NCBI RefSeq assembly: GCF_963921235.1
Contig: NC_086097.1
Span: 133,674,001-133,734,000 of the forward strand
Direction of reading: 5' to 3'
Length of the DNA: 60,000 bases
Source of the DNA: Mobula hypostoma
Taxonomy: Eukaryota
Shown here: piece after piece, positions 46,062 through 60,000 of the stretch
Numbering within the stretch: the stretch's first letter is position 1
Layout: each line of letters opens with the position of its first letter
Position numbers and translations under genes: made by a program
Notes under the pieces: generated by a model
Seen by the model: the letters and a program-made list of their open reading frames with translations, nothing else
Databases searched by the model: none
What the model was told of the DNA's origin: nothing

Positions 46062-47039
46062 GACCTTCTGCAAAATCTACCCGTTTTGGGGTTATCAGGA
46101 TTTCTCCATCCCCACGGAGCAGAAAGTGATGGAGGTCTTTTGGTGATGGAGTGGGGAATGTGGCAAATACCCTTGTGGATTTGAACTAGGCCTTAAAGAG
46201 GCGTGGGACAAGTATTTTTGGCATAAAAATCAGACAAGTGCTGACTGGTTCATCTAGAGAGAATCAGCTGTTCTCTGCAGATAGTTACAGATCAGTGTTG
46301 CTATTGGATGAAAAGTCAGCCAGCTGTTTGGAAAGCATTTTTATTGACTATTTACACTGGCAGTGTTTAAATCTTCACTGGATCGTATCCTTGTTTTTAC
46401 CACCCACATGCTTAAGAGAGTCAGCTATGGATTTGAGCCACCAGACTGTTACCAGCAAAATACACTAAATTGGGCAATCAAATTCTCCCTGATCACACCA
46501 TTGAAAATGATTATTCAACATAGAAGTCCAATGTTTATCAAAGAAGCAGTCATACTTCTTTTAATTTAATGAATGGATTTGGCAAAACAAATTCCTGTTG
46601 ACAATTAAAAGGCAAGTCATGTCAACAGGAAAGCTATGTGATATCCCCAGTAGAAGAGGTACTATATTTTAACAAGGTACATGTGTATATTGTTTTTAAT
46701 AACAGCATATTAAACAAGAGAATTGCCCTTTTCTCCTCTGTCTACACTTCACTTTGGGCTATTTTTGGAATAAATGAATACTTCAGCAGAAATCGATGCC
46801 ACCGTTGGAACAACAAAGGTTTTCCAACAAGTAAAACTATCTGAAGTTTATATAATTTACAGAAAAAATCGCAGTAAACTGGTCAGTTAATAACAGCAGT
46901 GACACATGCATTCCTTCATTGTTCAGGACTACAAAACAAGGTTAATCTACTTTGTTTGGTTTTATATTACTAAATTGTGATTTCCAACAACTCTGCATGC
47001 TTGGGATTGTTGTTAATTTACATTCTACAGCTTTGTCAA

Positions 47040-47632
47040 ACACTTCCGCTCCAACTGCAAAAAGCAGGATTTCCCAGTGGCCAACCATTTTCTTTCCTAC
47101 CCACATTCTTGTTATGACATATCAGGCCATGGCCTCCTCTTCTGCCACGATGAGGCCACTCTCAGGTTGAAGGAGCAACACCTCATATTCTGTCTAGGTA
47201 GCCTCCAACCTGATGGCATGAGCTTTGATTTCTCCAACCTTCCATAATTTTTCTTCCGCTCCCCTTGTCTTCAATTCCCCACTCTGGCCTCTTTACCTCT
47301 TCTCCACACCTGCCTATCACCTCTCCCTGGTGCTGCTCTTATTTCCTTTTTTTTCCATGGTTCACTCTCCTCTCCCACAAGCTTCCTTCTCCTCCAGCCC
47401 TTTACCTTTTCCACCTATTGCCCCCCCCCAGCTACTTACTTCATACCTCCTCCCCCACCCACCTGGCTTCGTCTATCACCTTCTAGATTGTCCTCCTTTC
47501 CACCCCCCACCTTTACCAGGTGTGAGGAAGGGTCTCCGCCTGAAAAGTCGATTCATTTCCTTAGATACTGTCTGACCTGATGAGTTTCTCCAGCATTGTG
47601 TGTGTTGCTCAGGATTTCCAGCGTCTTGTGTT
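47040..47632 (+). mobile_element. Penelope-like element 3' end
   Basis: PVANHF...GLLFCHDEATLRLKEQHLIFCLGSLQPDGM (GIY-YIG C-terminus), pyrimidine tract, degenerate hammerhead at ~47518-47553. Confidence 0.8.
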
Positions 47633-47764
47633 TAAGATTAAGAATCACTGGGCCTTCAGCAAACAGAAAGATAGATGACTCGTGAGCCATTTTGGATAAG
47701 GCAAAATTCCAGCTGCAGAAAAGATTAACTGGGTCAAACTCTGCCCTTTACCTGTGGACATGAT

Positions 47765-48410
47765 TCAAACAGTGTGGGGAAGTGCATAGTCATGTTCTTT
47801 GATAGAAGGAATAAAAGTGTAGACCATTTTCTAAACCAGAGAGCAAATTCAGAACCCAGTAGTGCAAAGGGGCTCGGGAGTCCTGGTGCAGAATTCACTC
47901 AAGGGTAACTTGCAGATTGAGTTGGCGGTAAGGAAGGCAAATGCAATGTTTGCAATCTTATTCAGGAGACTAGAATATAAAGGTGACGATGTAGTGTTTT
48001 AGAAGGCATTGGTCAGCACATATTGGAAATACTGTGAGCAGTTTTAAGTATATCTAAGAAAGGGTGTACTGGCAATAGGGAGAGCTCAGAAGCCTTATGA
48101 GAATGATCCCAGGAAAGAACAGGTTAACTCGTGAGGAGCCTCTAATGGCTCTGGGCCCGGATTCACTAGAGTTTAGAAGAATGAAGGAGTATCTCATTGA
48201 ACCTAATGAATATTCAAAGGTCAAGATAGAGCGGATGTGGAAAAGATGTATCCACTAGTAAGAGAGTCTCGGACTAGAGGATACACCTCATAATACATGC
48301 CTTTAGAAGCAGGAGAATAGGGTTGGTTGAGGGAAAATAAATCACTCATGATTGAATGGTTGAGCATACTTAATGGATCAAAAAGCCTAATTTTGCTCCT
48401 ATGTCATGGT
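47765..48410 (+). mobile_element. Decayed CR1 3' fragment
   Basis: Collinear with 19150-19950. Confidence 0.75.
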
Positions 48411-51400
48411 CTTTTGAACTTAATTCTGAGGTCAGGTGCTGTCTATGTGGAGCTTGCATGCTCTCCCTCACATTACAAAGATATTTGGGTTAATGGGTTA
48501 ATTGGTCTATATAAATTTTTCCTCCTTTGTGGGTGAAAGGTAGAATCTTGGGGGGGTGTGATTGATGGGAATGAGGGGATGAAAGAATAGGATAGGATGA
48601 AATGAATATTAAAATGTATGCTTGATGGCCAGCACAGGGTCATTGGGCTGAAAGGCCTGTCTCCAAGCTGTGTCACCAAGGCTCTATAACCTCAGAAGTT
48701 GCACATCTTACAATTTCTCTGGTACGTCAAAATGGAAGCCGCTATAATCTCTGGATAGATTGTGCGGCAGCTCCAGAAAGACAAACAGTTAGGATAGAAA
48801 TTAGTTCTGTACAGTAACCCATGCACTTTGAAAGTCATCTCCGGGGACTCCTGCTGCTGTAAGGAGTTTGTCTGTTCTCCCGTGACCACGTGGGTTTCCT
48901 CTGTGTTCCCCGGTTTCCTCCTACATGTGTGTTAATAGGCTAACTGGTCACATGGGTGTAACTGGACAGCATAGGATCATTGGGGCAGAAAGGCCTGTTA
49001 CTGTGATGCCTCTCTAGGTAAATACCTCAAAATAAAATAAAATTAATAAAAGATCTTAATAACCAATAGCATTAATAGATTTTGGGGAGAAACCAGGTAA
49101 ATGGATTCATCAATTATATCAACGAATTGCAGAAGAGACTGGAGGCTTCCTTGTATTGTGTTGTTCCTAAAAGATTTTTGCCCATGTGCGCATTGCCTTA
49201 ACATCCTCTGAAGACTTTCTGAAGCCGTTACCCCTATGCTGAGTTGCAACGCCCAGAATTCTCCATCACAGCGTTGCTGAGACCCAACTTAACAGCTGCA
49301 GTCCGAATTTGGTCCAAACACTTTACACGACAGTTGGGAAATGGATCCTTGACTTTAAACTTGTAACAAAACAAACCTTAAGCTGCTGTCATTTTCTAAC
49401 AGGAGTGGTTAACACGTTATTTGTACAAAATATAAACATAATTTACCAGGAAGAATCATTGTGCTAGGCAGCTTTCAAACCCAGCCATGTATGATCCCGA
49501 AAGAACTGTTCATTGAACCAAATATGAGGTTGTAGACAAATCTGTTGTAGCTTCAGTTGGGGATAGTGGACAAAAAGGTGGGGGTAGGCTTTGCCGTTAT
49601 AGAATAAACAATAGATGCAAGAAGAGTTTGGAAAGGTGAGAGGGAAGATTACAGTAGATTAATTTAGTGTCATATATACCAGGGTGCAATGAAATTCCTT
49701 GTTCACATGAAGCTCACAGAGTTAACAGTATGTGTGGTAACAATAAACACAATGATGAACGCAAAACGGTACAGTGGTGCAAAGTTTGTGGTGCCATTAA
49801 GTAATGCAAAAAGAAATGCTAAAGAGATAATAACTGAAAGAGGTAGAGATTAAGAATCCAAGAACATGGCAACACAGTAGAAAAGAGATGTGAAAGAGGT
49901 GATTGGTTCAGAAATCTGGCAGCAGTAAGGAAAAAAACTGATCTTCAGTCTGATCATCTAGGCTTTCAAGCTCCTGCATCTTCTCCCACAGAAAAGATTT
50001 CACTGGCTAGGAAAGGAATATTAATGTTAGCAGCTAATATTCTGCTCTCCAAAGACACACGTTGGAATGTAACCCAGATCAGGCTTGGTAATTTTTAAGG
50101 TATCTCAGCTGGTGACATGCAACAGACATTAGACCCCTGATATGCATTGGCCTGAAACTGTTTCTGATCCACTTACCTCCCATTAAAACTATTCTTTCCT
50201 TTAATGGGTTGCTCAGCACAAATCTTCCCAAAGATGGTGCAATGAAAGGGGAACTTAATTAATGTTGTTAAAACCTTGAAAGGTTTTGATGGGGTGGATG
50301 CAGATGGCATGTTTCCTCTTGGGATCCATTTTCCCTCCATTTCTTTCAGTTTTTTCACTAAGATATTGGAGAAGAGCTGATTACTTGAGTCGATGAACAA
50401 GGCTACCTTATTTATAAAAAAGCTTACACAGAGCAAGGCAACATTTTTTGGCTCTTTGCCTGCTGTGGCTTCTCCATGGAGGCAGATCTCTCCAGGTAGA
50501 TTCTCCCGATGTAGCCTCTGGGAGAACCCACAGTGAGAGCCATCAGTTGCACACTACAATTCTTAAATCATACCCAAACAATAATGGGTTATCAATTCCA
50601 AGAAAGAGGCATCATTAAAAAGTGAACAGTGTTTTTTGATGGAAAATGGCAGAGAACAGCTGGAATGTGGAGGTTACCGATAATATAGGAAGTGGTCAAG
50701 GTCTTTAAGGACAAGTGCTATAAATATATGAGGGAGAAAGGAAAACAAAAAGGGTGAAACTCTGGTGATGTGGAGACAAGCATGGGACATAATGTAAGCA
50801 TAGAGCAGCTGAATCCATCTACTGGCTTATTTCTGAAGTCTACTTCTCTGACTGGGTTACTGAGAGATGTTGGCTTTTGGATGAGCAAACACACTAGCAC
50901 CCTGACCTCTTCCTCACTTGGATATAAAGTATTCCCAAATTTTGAAATTTTTCCTTGAGCCGTGGGCAATATTTACGTTATTTTATTACAAAAATGAATA
51001 GTAACTTCGATTGTTATAAGCCTATGTAATATTTGTGCAGAATGTCCTGTGTTGCTCACTGGGGCACTGTATTCTGTCAATAAATCTCTCATTCTGTCTC
51101 CCAGCAAGGCAAGGATTGTACTCTGAAAATAAACACAGACCAGCACATATATAATTGGGAAACTGAGTTCTGTGAACAAGGACAAAAAAAAATCATTTTT
51201 CAATTCAACTCATTTCAAAGCAAGTTGTCTGATCATGAGCACGTTAATGTTTTCAGGCCTTGCTATAAGCAGATTGGTTCCCATGCTTCCTAAAAACAGG
51301 TTATAAACTGCTTCTGTTGTCACTAGTTCCCCAGTCTTGCTTTCTGCATTCGTACCACTGGAATTCCTGGTTTAGCTGCATCGCCTTCGATGAAATTGTC

Positions 51401-51705
51401 CTTGCTGACAATGAGATTTTAAAAAGTGATTTCTTTTTCATTCATACTTTTCTTGTCAAAGCACAGTGCTTTGTAAAATGGGTTCTTTTATTCTTGTTAT
51501 TTATTAAAATAAGTGGATCAGTGTCCAATGCCAGCTCTGCCTGCCTTCATGAACTTTCCTTCAACACAGATTCAAACCAAATATTTTATTATATTTTAGA
51601 ATTTCTTGTGGAATTTTTTGAACAATAAAACATTGTCTATAGCATTTGTGAAATGAATTAATATAGGCGTTATGGTATTATTATTTTCTATTTATGGACA
51701 CCACA

Positions 51706-52020
51706 ACATAGAACATACACAGCACAGTATAGACCCTTCTGCCCACGAAGTGCCGAACCTTTAACCTGCTACAAGATAAACCTAACCCAAACCTCCCATA
51801 TAGATCTTTTTTTTAAATCAGCCATGTACCTGTCTAAGAGTCTAAATGTCTCTAATGTATCTGCCTCCACAAACTCACACTGTAAAAACTTAACTCTGAT
51901 ATCTTCCCTATACTTTCCTCCAATCACCTTGAAATTATGCCCTTTATATTAACTGTTTCCGCCCAGGGAAAAGATCTGTGGCTGTCCACTTCATCCATGC
52001 CTCCTATCATCTTGTACATC
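51706..52020 (-). mobile_element. CR1 3' fragment
   Basis: Tail aacatagaacatacacagcacag followed by C-terminal ORF2 remnants. Confidence 0.7.
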
Positions 52021-53282
52021 TAAAAGCTCCATTAAATTGCTTTTCATTGCTGTTGGGAACATCAAGGTCTATTTTTTTTTACAAAATTTACCAAACATTT
52101 TAGGGAAAATCTTTCCAACTTCCAACTTTACTTTTCCCTTTCAATGAACAGAAAGATTTGTTTTTTTATAGCACCTCTCAGGGCACAGGGCATCCCAAAA
52201 TGCTCATATCTATTAGGTTTGGAGGCAGTGTTGTCCAGAAGGTTCTTCATAAGCCAATAACAAGATGCAAACCTTAGTTATAGACGAGTTTTTAAATGTT
52301 CATCAAAAATATTGTCAGTTTGTACCAGCAAGCAAGTGAAATGAAGTAAGTGTGCAGTTGTTCTTGTGCTCTCCTCCTATCTAGCAAAATGGTCTAAGCT
52401 GGTAAAATAAGGAAGGGTCTTCTATGGAAAAATACAGTCTTTAAAAGTACTCATTAAATCACACTGCCACAGCAGACAAATAAACTACAGAAGCACAGAG
52501 CCAAATATACTATGTTACTGAAAGATTACTGACAAAGAGGTGATGAGATAAACATAAGCAAATGTAAAGAAAGCTAAAACCAACAAGAAAAAATTAGCAA
52601 GTTAAACCCTAATCCAACACAGCCGATGAAGTACTATGTTTGTCATAAGAAAGGCTGTGACCAATTTCTGTGTAGTAAACTTCTTTGGTCAGGACAGAGG
52701 GATAATTACTGCCTGGGAAAACATGCGTTACCATCTTCAGAAGATCAGGAGTCAGGGAATGGGATTAAAAGATCAGCAGCTGTTGAAACAAAAAGAAAGT
52801 TGTTTGAAAGCAGGAAGAAACAACTTCCAAAACCAACATTTCCGAACAAATATTTGAAGAGAAATTTTTAAATTGTCTCCGTCTAATGCTTGAGAAATCT
52901 TCATTGTATGACAAGTCATTGATTTGTTTCTCTCATGGCTAGAGGAGGAAAATAAACCTGCAATGAAAATTTGAGTAGTGATTTTCATACAGCACATTCT
53001 GCTATTACAGAAAAACCAACATTGTATAAACATGACAGCAACATTGTATAAACTGGTTCTGAATTTCTAACCTTTCTAGCACCTTAAAGTAATGCCCTGC
53101 TTGAATTTGTGTTTAGCTAAATGCATTTTAAGCTTTGTGTAAAAGAATCCTAAAGACTTCATTCTCCCGCACAGTGCATGCTTGCTTCTCAGAATGTTGT
53201 TCAGTGTGTTATACTGTGAATCAGGAGGTTATGGATTCAGGTGGCACTACAGAGACTTAATAATGTAGGCCAAGTGGTTTCC

Positions 53283-54593
53283 ATTAGACAGAGGCAGCAT
53301 GGATTCAGAAAGGGCAGGTCCTGTTTGACAAACTTACTGGAGTTCTTTGAGGACATAATGAGTGCAGTGGATAGAGGGGAACAGGTGGATGTCGTATACT
53401 TTGATTTCCAGAAGGTGTTCGATAAGGTGCTGCACAAAAGACTTATCAATAAGATACGGATGCATGGAGTCGGAGGAAGTGTATTGGCATGGATAGTGGA
53501 TTGGTTAACCGATAGAAGGCAGAGAGTTGGTATAAACGGGTGTTTCTCCAGTTGGCAGTCTGTGGTGAGTGGGGTGCCTAGGGGTCAGTGCTGGGCCCGC
53601 AGCTGTTTACCATTTACATTGATGATTTGGAAGAGGGGACTGAGTGTAGCGTAGCAAAATTTGCTGATGACACTCAGTGGAAAAGCAAACCATACAGAGA
53701 ATGCGGAGAGTCTGCGGAGGGATATAGATAGGTTAAGTGAGTGGGCCAAGGTCTGGCAGATGGAATACAATGTTGGTAAATGCAAGATCATCCACTTTGG
53801 AAGGAATAATAGAAGAGCAGATTATTAGTTAAATGGTGAAAGATTACAGCATGCTGTTGCGCAGAGGGACTTGGGAGTGTTTGTGCATGAATTTCAAAAA
53901 GTTGGCTTGCAGGTGCAACAGGTTATTAAGAAAGCAAACAGAATGTTGGCCTTCATTACTAGAGGGAGTGAAATCAAGGGCAGGGAGGTCATGCTGCAAC
54001 TATACAGGGCACTGGTGAGACCGCACCTGGAGTACTGTGTGCAGTTCTGGTCTTCATACTTGAGGAAGGATATTCTGGCTTTGGAGGCAGAGCAGAGGAA
54101 GTTCACCAGATTGATTACAGAGATGAAGGGGTTAACCTATGAGGAGAGATTGAGTCGCCTGGGACTACACTCTCTGGAAATCAGAAGAATGAGAGGGGAT
54201 CTTAGAGAAACATACAAAATTTTGAAAGGGATAGATAAGATAGAAGTAGGAAAGTTGTTTCCATTGGTAGGTGAGATGAGAACTAGGGGACATAGCCTCA
54301 AGATTCAGGGGAGAAGATTTAGGATGGCGATGAGGAGAAACTGTTTTTCCCAGAGAGTGGTGAATCTGTGGAATTCTCTGCCCAGGGAAGCAGTTGAGGC
54401 TTCTTCACTAAATATATTTAAGATACAGTTAGATAGATTTTTACATAGTAGGGGAATTAAGGGTTATGGGGGAAAGGCAGGAAGATGGAGCTGAGTTTAC
54501 AGACAGATCAGCCATGATCTTATTGAATGGCAGGGCAGGCTCGATGGGCCGGATGGCCTACTCCTGCTCCTATTTCTTATGTTCTTATGTTCT
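53283..54593 (+). mobile_element. 5'-truncated CR1 LINE with a few frameshifts
   Basis: QHGF, DFQKVFDKV, KFADD and LVRPHLEYCVQFW; stop at 54494; 3' stem-loop and ttcttatgttcttatgttc tail. Confidence 0.92.
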
Positions 54594-54669
54594 AAATTTC
54601 CCAGTGCAGTCAGTGTTGTGCTGGCAAATGCCTGTCTATTGGATAAGGTGTTAAACTAAGACAGCCTTG

Positions 54670-55205
54670 GCATTGGTTTATTTTGCCACATGCTCCAAGG
54701 AAGAGTGAAAATCCCTCACTTGCGTGTCATCCAGAGAGGTCATTTTATACATTAGTACAAAAGCTTGTAAAAAGAAAACAGAATACAGAGTATAGTGTGG
54801 CAGGTACAAGGAAAGTACAGTACAGGTAAACAAATATGGTGCAAGGGTTATGACAAGGTAAGTTGGGAGATCAAAAGTTTATCTTCAGCATACAAAAATT
54901 CTGCTCAGCTGTCTGATAACAGCAGTCCTTGAGTCAGGTGGTGCATACTTTCCATTTTTTTTTATCTTCTGCCGGATGGGAGAGGAGGGATAACCAGGGT
55001 GTTTGGGATCCTTGATTATGTTGGCGGTGTTCCTGAGGCAATGAGAAGTGTAGAGAGAGTCAGTGAAGGGACAACTGATTTTTGTGATAGACTGGGCTGC
55101 GTTCACAACTCTGACTGATTTCTTGTAGTCTTAGGCAGAGTAGTTGCCATACTAAATAAAGATGCATCCGGACAGGAGCGTTTGTATGCTCCATCTCTGA
55201 AGATT
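54670..55205 (-). mobile_element. Rex1/Babar-type LINE 3' fragment
   Basis: Collinear with 10478-11110; remnant HCLRNTANIIKDPKHPG. Confidence 0.7.
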
Positions 55206-56025
55206 GGTGAGATTGTCTCAGTTGTGTGGATAGAGATCTATTGTGATACAATTATTAATAATAAAATGTTCCAAAGATGCTGACCGCTAGTTATCTCTCA
55301 ACTAACTGCATTAAAAATAGACGGTCTGATCATCATCACAGTTTCACAAGTTGGCCGAGGTGTTTCTGACATTGTACATGCTCACTCCAGCAATGGGGTT
55401 GATATAGGTTCTGGAGTGCGACCTGTAAGGTTGACAGAACAATTGTGAGCAGCGATGCCTCCACGTAGCTTTCTGGTTTGGTGATGCTGATTGAGGGGCA
55501 ATGTCAGCTGACTCAACTGAAGCGCTAACTAGTTGCTCCTTTTTCCACCAACCCCAGCTTGCTGGAGTAAACCCAGGTTAGTCCAGGATAATGGCATCAA
55601 TCCCACCTGCAAACTAATGATCAGAGATATACACTCATAAGCAGAAAGGAAATATGACAACATTCTGGTCTGGAATCATTTCCTTAAGGCATGGCAGCTG
55701 AAGATTAAGTTACAGTTTCAAGGTAATAAACTAGATGGTCTGCAACTCAAGAGCAGGAAATGAAGGAGGTCTGGGTCTTTTGCAGAGCAACTCAGTCACA
55801 TTTCGAGGAGGCTATTTGACCTAGCAAATAAGATGGACCAAATAGCCTCATTCAATAATACCTGGTTCCACAATCAAGACATTCACAATTATTTATTAAG
55901 GAAGAGACATCAACCATGTTCAATAAATCCAGGAACTTTGCTCTTTCTGCTCATGAATGAGATTATGCCCAAGGACGCCACCTCTGCTATACATTTTTAA
56001 GACATGCTAAGGAGTTTTATTCACC

Positions 56026-56655
56026 AGATTTAGATTAGGTTATGAGGACACGCAGTCCTCTTTTATTGTCATTTAGTAATGCATGCATTAAGAAATGATA
56101 CAATTTGTTCCTCCAGAATGATATCACAGAAACACAAGACAAACCAAGACTAAAAAAAACTGACAGAAACCTCATAATTATAACATATAGTTACAACAGT
56201 GCAAAGCAATACCGTAATTTGATGAAGAACAGACCATGGGCATGGTAAAAAAAAAAAAGTCTCAAAGTCTTTCGAAAGTCCCATCATCTCACGCAGACGG
56301 TTGAAGGGAGAAACTCTCCCTGCCATGAGCTTCCAGCACCGCAAATTTGCCGATGCAGCATCCTAGAAGCACCCGAACACAGTCTGACTCTTGAGTCCGT
56401 CCGAAAACTTCGAGCCTCCGACCAGCCTTCCAACACCAAGCACCGAGCACTGAGCACCATCTCTGCCGAGCACTTCAACCCCAGCCCCAGCAACAGGCAA
56501 TAGGCAAAGCCGAGGATTTGGGGCCTTCCCCTCCAGAGATTCTCAATCGCACAGTAGCAGCGGCAGTGAAGCAGGCATTTCAGAAGTTTCTCCAGATGTT
56601 CCTCCGTGCTTCTCATGTCCGTCTCCGTAAGATCAGGATTATGCATGGCCCCTGA
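56026..56655 (-). mobile_element. Unclassified non-coding retroposon-like element
   Basis: CpG-retaining body. Minus-strand 3' end has AATAAA, a gaggac/gtcctc hairpin (56044-56060) and a short (aatct)-like tail. Confidence 0.5.
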
Positions 56656-56704
56656 TTTGATGCAGTTTACAACAACTCTAGAGCTGTGTTAATGCAACCT
56701 ATGT

Positions 56705-57100
56705 GGGTTGTTTTCTCCGGACTGGCAGAGGCTGAGGGAAGACATCAGTTTCAAAATTATGAGAGACAAAGATAGAGTGGATAGCCAGTATCCTTTAACA
56801 AGGCTGAACTATCGAATACTAGAGGGCATGCACTTAAGGTGAAAAGGGGCAAGTTCAAAGGAAATGTGCAAGGCAAATTGATTTTACATCGAGTGTAGTG
56901 GGTGCCTGGAATGTGCTGCCAGGATGTTGGTAGATACTGATAGTACAGGGGAATTTAAAGGGCTTCTAGATAGGCACACGGATGTGAAGAGAGTGTAGGG
57001 ATTGGGACCATATGTAGGGTAGAAGGCATTGGTTTAATTAGTTATTCGTTAGCTGCAGCACAACATTGTGGGCCAAAGGGCCAGTTCCTGATTCCTAAAG
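56705..57100 (+). mobile_element. Decayed CR1 3' fragment
   Basis: Collinear with 58240-58670. Confidence 0.7.
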
Positions 57101-57639
57101 TCTAAGATTAGGTTTAAGCAAGGAAGGGCTGAGTTCTCACCAGGCTCTACACTGAATGAGAAAGAAATCCAGATCTAAAAGTTCTACATGAAATCAACTC
57201 TTAACTGAACCAACTTCCTGGACTCTATAATGGGTCTTCTCCATCAAACAGATGGCAGTAATTAAAGGAAGGGTATTTATTCTGAACATGCTTTATTTAC
57301 ACCCAAATAGAGCAGAACAAGGAGTTGATTCCTTCTTCCCAACTTACATTTATAACCCAGGACATCCTCCATTAAACAAATGTCAGAAGCAATTAGACTT
57401 GTTAAAAATAATGATCTCATGACTAGCTCCACACTGGGAAAGGCAGTAAAATGATTGATATTAGGTCCAAGTCTTTGTTGTTCTTCACTTCAGAGGATGG
57501 GTTATTCTGACTGTTGGATTTATAATTAATTGCTTTTTTGGAGCTAGTTTACACTCACTTCAATGTGTGGCTCATTTAGTAGCTTTCCAAACAAAGAGTT
57601 TCAGGTTGAAGAACCAGAGGGGATGATTCTGGACAGATG

Positions 57640-57825
57640 ATTCAATGCAGTATTGAGGGATTACTACACAGCTAGAATTTTGGATAAAGTATTAAAGTAA
57701 GGCCCTGTAGAGGAGGATGGAAGTCTTCCTTGTGCCCTGGCCAAAATTTACCCCTCAACCAATATCACAAACAGAATACCCAGGAGTTATTTGAGGGACT
57801 GCTATGCATAAATCACCCGCAGTAC
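57640..57825 (+). mobile_element. Deu-domain SINE fragment
   Basis: tgcagtattgaggga...ccctggccaaaatttacccctcaaccaatatcac. Confidence 0.55.
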
Positions 57826-58019
57826 TTATTGTGCCTATACTTGTATTGAGCCTTTATTTATGAACTTATTTTTCACTTTAACGAAGAACATGTCATACCT
57901 ACCTATAGAAACATACTATACCAAATATATCTATGATGCATCTTGCCCTATCATTTTTGATCTACAAAATTTTGCTTAATAAAATGATTTCCAGAAATGT
58001 ATCCCTAAACTAAATACAG

Positions 58020-58670
58020 ACTGGCTTGCTTTTATTAGTCGAGGTATTGGGCTCAAAGGTCAGGAGGTTATGTTGCAACTTTATAAAACTCTGGTTAGGC
58101 CACATCTGTAGTACTATGCACAGTTCTGGTTGCCCCACTATAAGAAGGATGTTGAGACTTTGGAGACGGTGCAGAAGAGGTTTACCATGATGCTGCCTGA
58201 TTTAGAGGGCATGTGCTATCGTGAGAGGCTGGATAAACTTGGGGTTTTTTTTCTCTCTGGAGTGTCGGGCACTGAGGGGAGATGTGATAGGGGTGTACAA
58301 GATTATGAGAGGTATAGGTAGAGTGGAAAGAAAGCATCTGTTTCCCAGGGTGAAATGTCTAATACCAGAGGATACACACACACTGAAGGTGAGAGGGGGT
58401 AGGTTCAAAGAGGATGTGAGGGTTAAGATTTTTACTCAGAGAGTCATGGACGCCTAGAATGCACTGCCTGGCGTAGTGGTAGAGGCAAATACATTAGAGG
58501 CTTTTAAGAGACATTTGGATAGGCACATGGGTGTAAGGAAGATGGAGGAATGAGGACATGATGTAGATAGGAGGGATTAGTGTTTGGGTGTTTTTCATTT
58601 GCTTTTTAGCTGGTTTGGCACAACGCTGTAGGCCAAATGGCCTGTTCCTGTGCTGTACTCCTCTAATGTA
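58020..58670 (+). mobile_element. CR1 3' fragment
   Basis: PHYKKDVETLETVQKRFT and LRGDVIGVYKIMRG; same subfamily as 12352-12840. Confidence 0.85.
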
Positions 58671-59169
58671 CTCAGTGACAGGATGTACCACACTGCCACA
58701 GGATCACAAAAACAAAAAAAATAGGAACAGAGGCTATTCAGGCATTCAATCCCTCCTATGATTTTGATAAAATTATGGCTACATCAATTTTCCTCATCTA
58801 CTTTCTCACTATAGACTTCGTTCCCTTACTGATTTAAAATTCCAGCGTTGAATATATTCAAGAATTTTATCTCCAATTTTTTTGAACAAAGAATTCCCAA
58901 AGACTCTCAATACTGTGAGAGAAAATATTTTTCCTCATCTCCATTTTAAAAGGGCACCCCTTCATTCTAAGACTATATCCTCAGGCCCTAGAATCTCCCA
59001 TGTCACGCCAAAATTTAAGCGATGAGACCTTTTGAGATTTGCAGATATTTAAATGAGATTATCTCGTTTTTCTAAATTTCATAAGGAAAATGTTGGTGTG
59101 TTTATTTTCTGAGGAGGTTAAGGGAGTTTTAATCCTCTCATCAAACACTACCCAGCTTCTACAGATGTA

Positions 59170-60000
59170 CTGGCAAAAGTATCTTGACTAGTTGCATCAT
59201 GATCTGGTGCAGCAAATCGAATGTACAGTAATACAGGAGGCTGCAGATACAGTACATCCCCACCATCAGTAGGAATGCAACATCCAAAGATTGTTACCAT
59301 CTCAATCATGCCATCTTTTTGAAGCTACCATCAAGCAGGAGGTACAGAAGCATGGAGTCCCATACTACCAGGTTCAAAACTGGCTACTTCCCTTCAACCA
59401 TTTTGTTTCTTGAATCAGCCCGCACAACCTGAATCACTAGAATTCAGCAACGCTATGACCTTTGCGTTAAAACGGGCTGTTTTCTTTGTTCTAATTTTGC
59501 CCTTTCTTGTAAGAAAAAACGTGTATAAACTTATGTTCTTGTGGATGTTGGTTAGATGATGCAATGTGCCTGTGCTACTGATGCAAGTAAATTTGGCATT
59601 GCACCCATGAATACATACTTGTATATAACACTGTAAATTTAAACTTTGACTCATGCATACATGTTCAACCTTTTCTCATAAACCAATCTCTCCATATTCA
59701 ATGTCAGAGTATCAGAATTAGTTATATTATCACTGACTTATATGAGATTTGTTGCTTTGTGTCAGCAGTACAGTGCAAAGATGAAAATTACCATAAATTA
59801 TAAAAGTAAATAAGCAAATAAGGAATAATGAGGTAGTGCTCATAGATCATTCCAAAATCCAATCTTGGAAGGGAAAGAGCTATTTCTGAACCATTGAACA
59901 TGGTCATAAGGTTCCAGTACTGTTTCTCTGAGGATTGTAACAAGAAAAGGGCATGTCCCAGATGGGGAGGACCCATTGTAATGGAGGCTTTTTCTTGAAG
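59170..60000. mobile_element. Two Rex1/Babar-type 3' fragments (~59170-59652 +, ~59705-60000 -)
   Basis: Similar to the other Rex-type tails in the window. Confidence 0.55.

Overview
This is AT-rich (about 40% GC) vertebrate genomic DNA, not prokaryotic. The repeat complement (CR1 LINEs with (TTCTATGT)n tails, HE1-like V-SINEs, Deu-domain SINEs, Rex1/Babar, Penelope-like remnants) points to a cartilaginous fish, probably a ray; this is inference. Most ORFs in the track are noise or decayed LINE fragments. One host coding exon is supported: a + strand terminal C2H2 zinc-finger exon (45835-46061) resembling the last exon of ZNF536/ZNF217/ZNF219/ZNF516-family genes, so the upstream ~45 kb is probably one large intron. 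There are two highlights. (1) A full-length, apparently intact CR1 LINE (36035-40384, - strand). Its ORF2 has no ATG until codon 202, inside the endonuclease domain. ORF2 overlaps ORF1 in the -1 frame exactly at a canonical T-TTA-AAC slippery heptamer followed by the ORF1 TAG, which suggests programmed -1 ribosomal frameshifting to a ~1313-aa esterase-APE-RT fusion. (2) Short Penelope-derived insertions flanked by 10-14 bp target-site duplications and usually folded back on themselves. Some carry intact minimal type-I hammerhead ribozymes, including a 237-bp palindrome with one hammerhead on each strand. Boundaries of old repeats are approximate, and family names come from motif recognition, not database searches.
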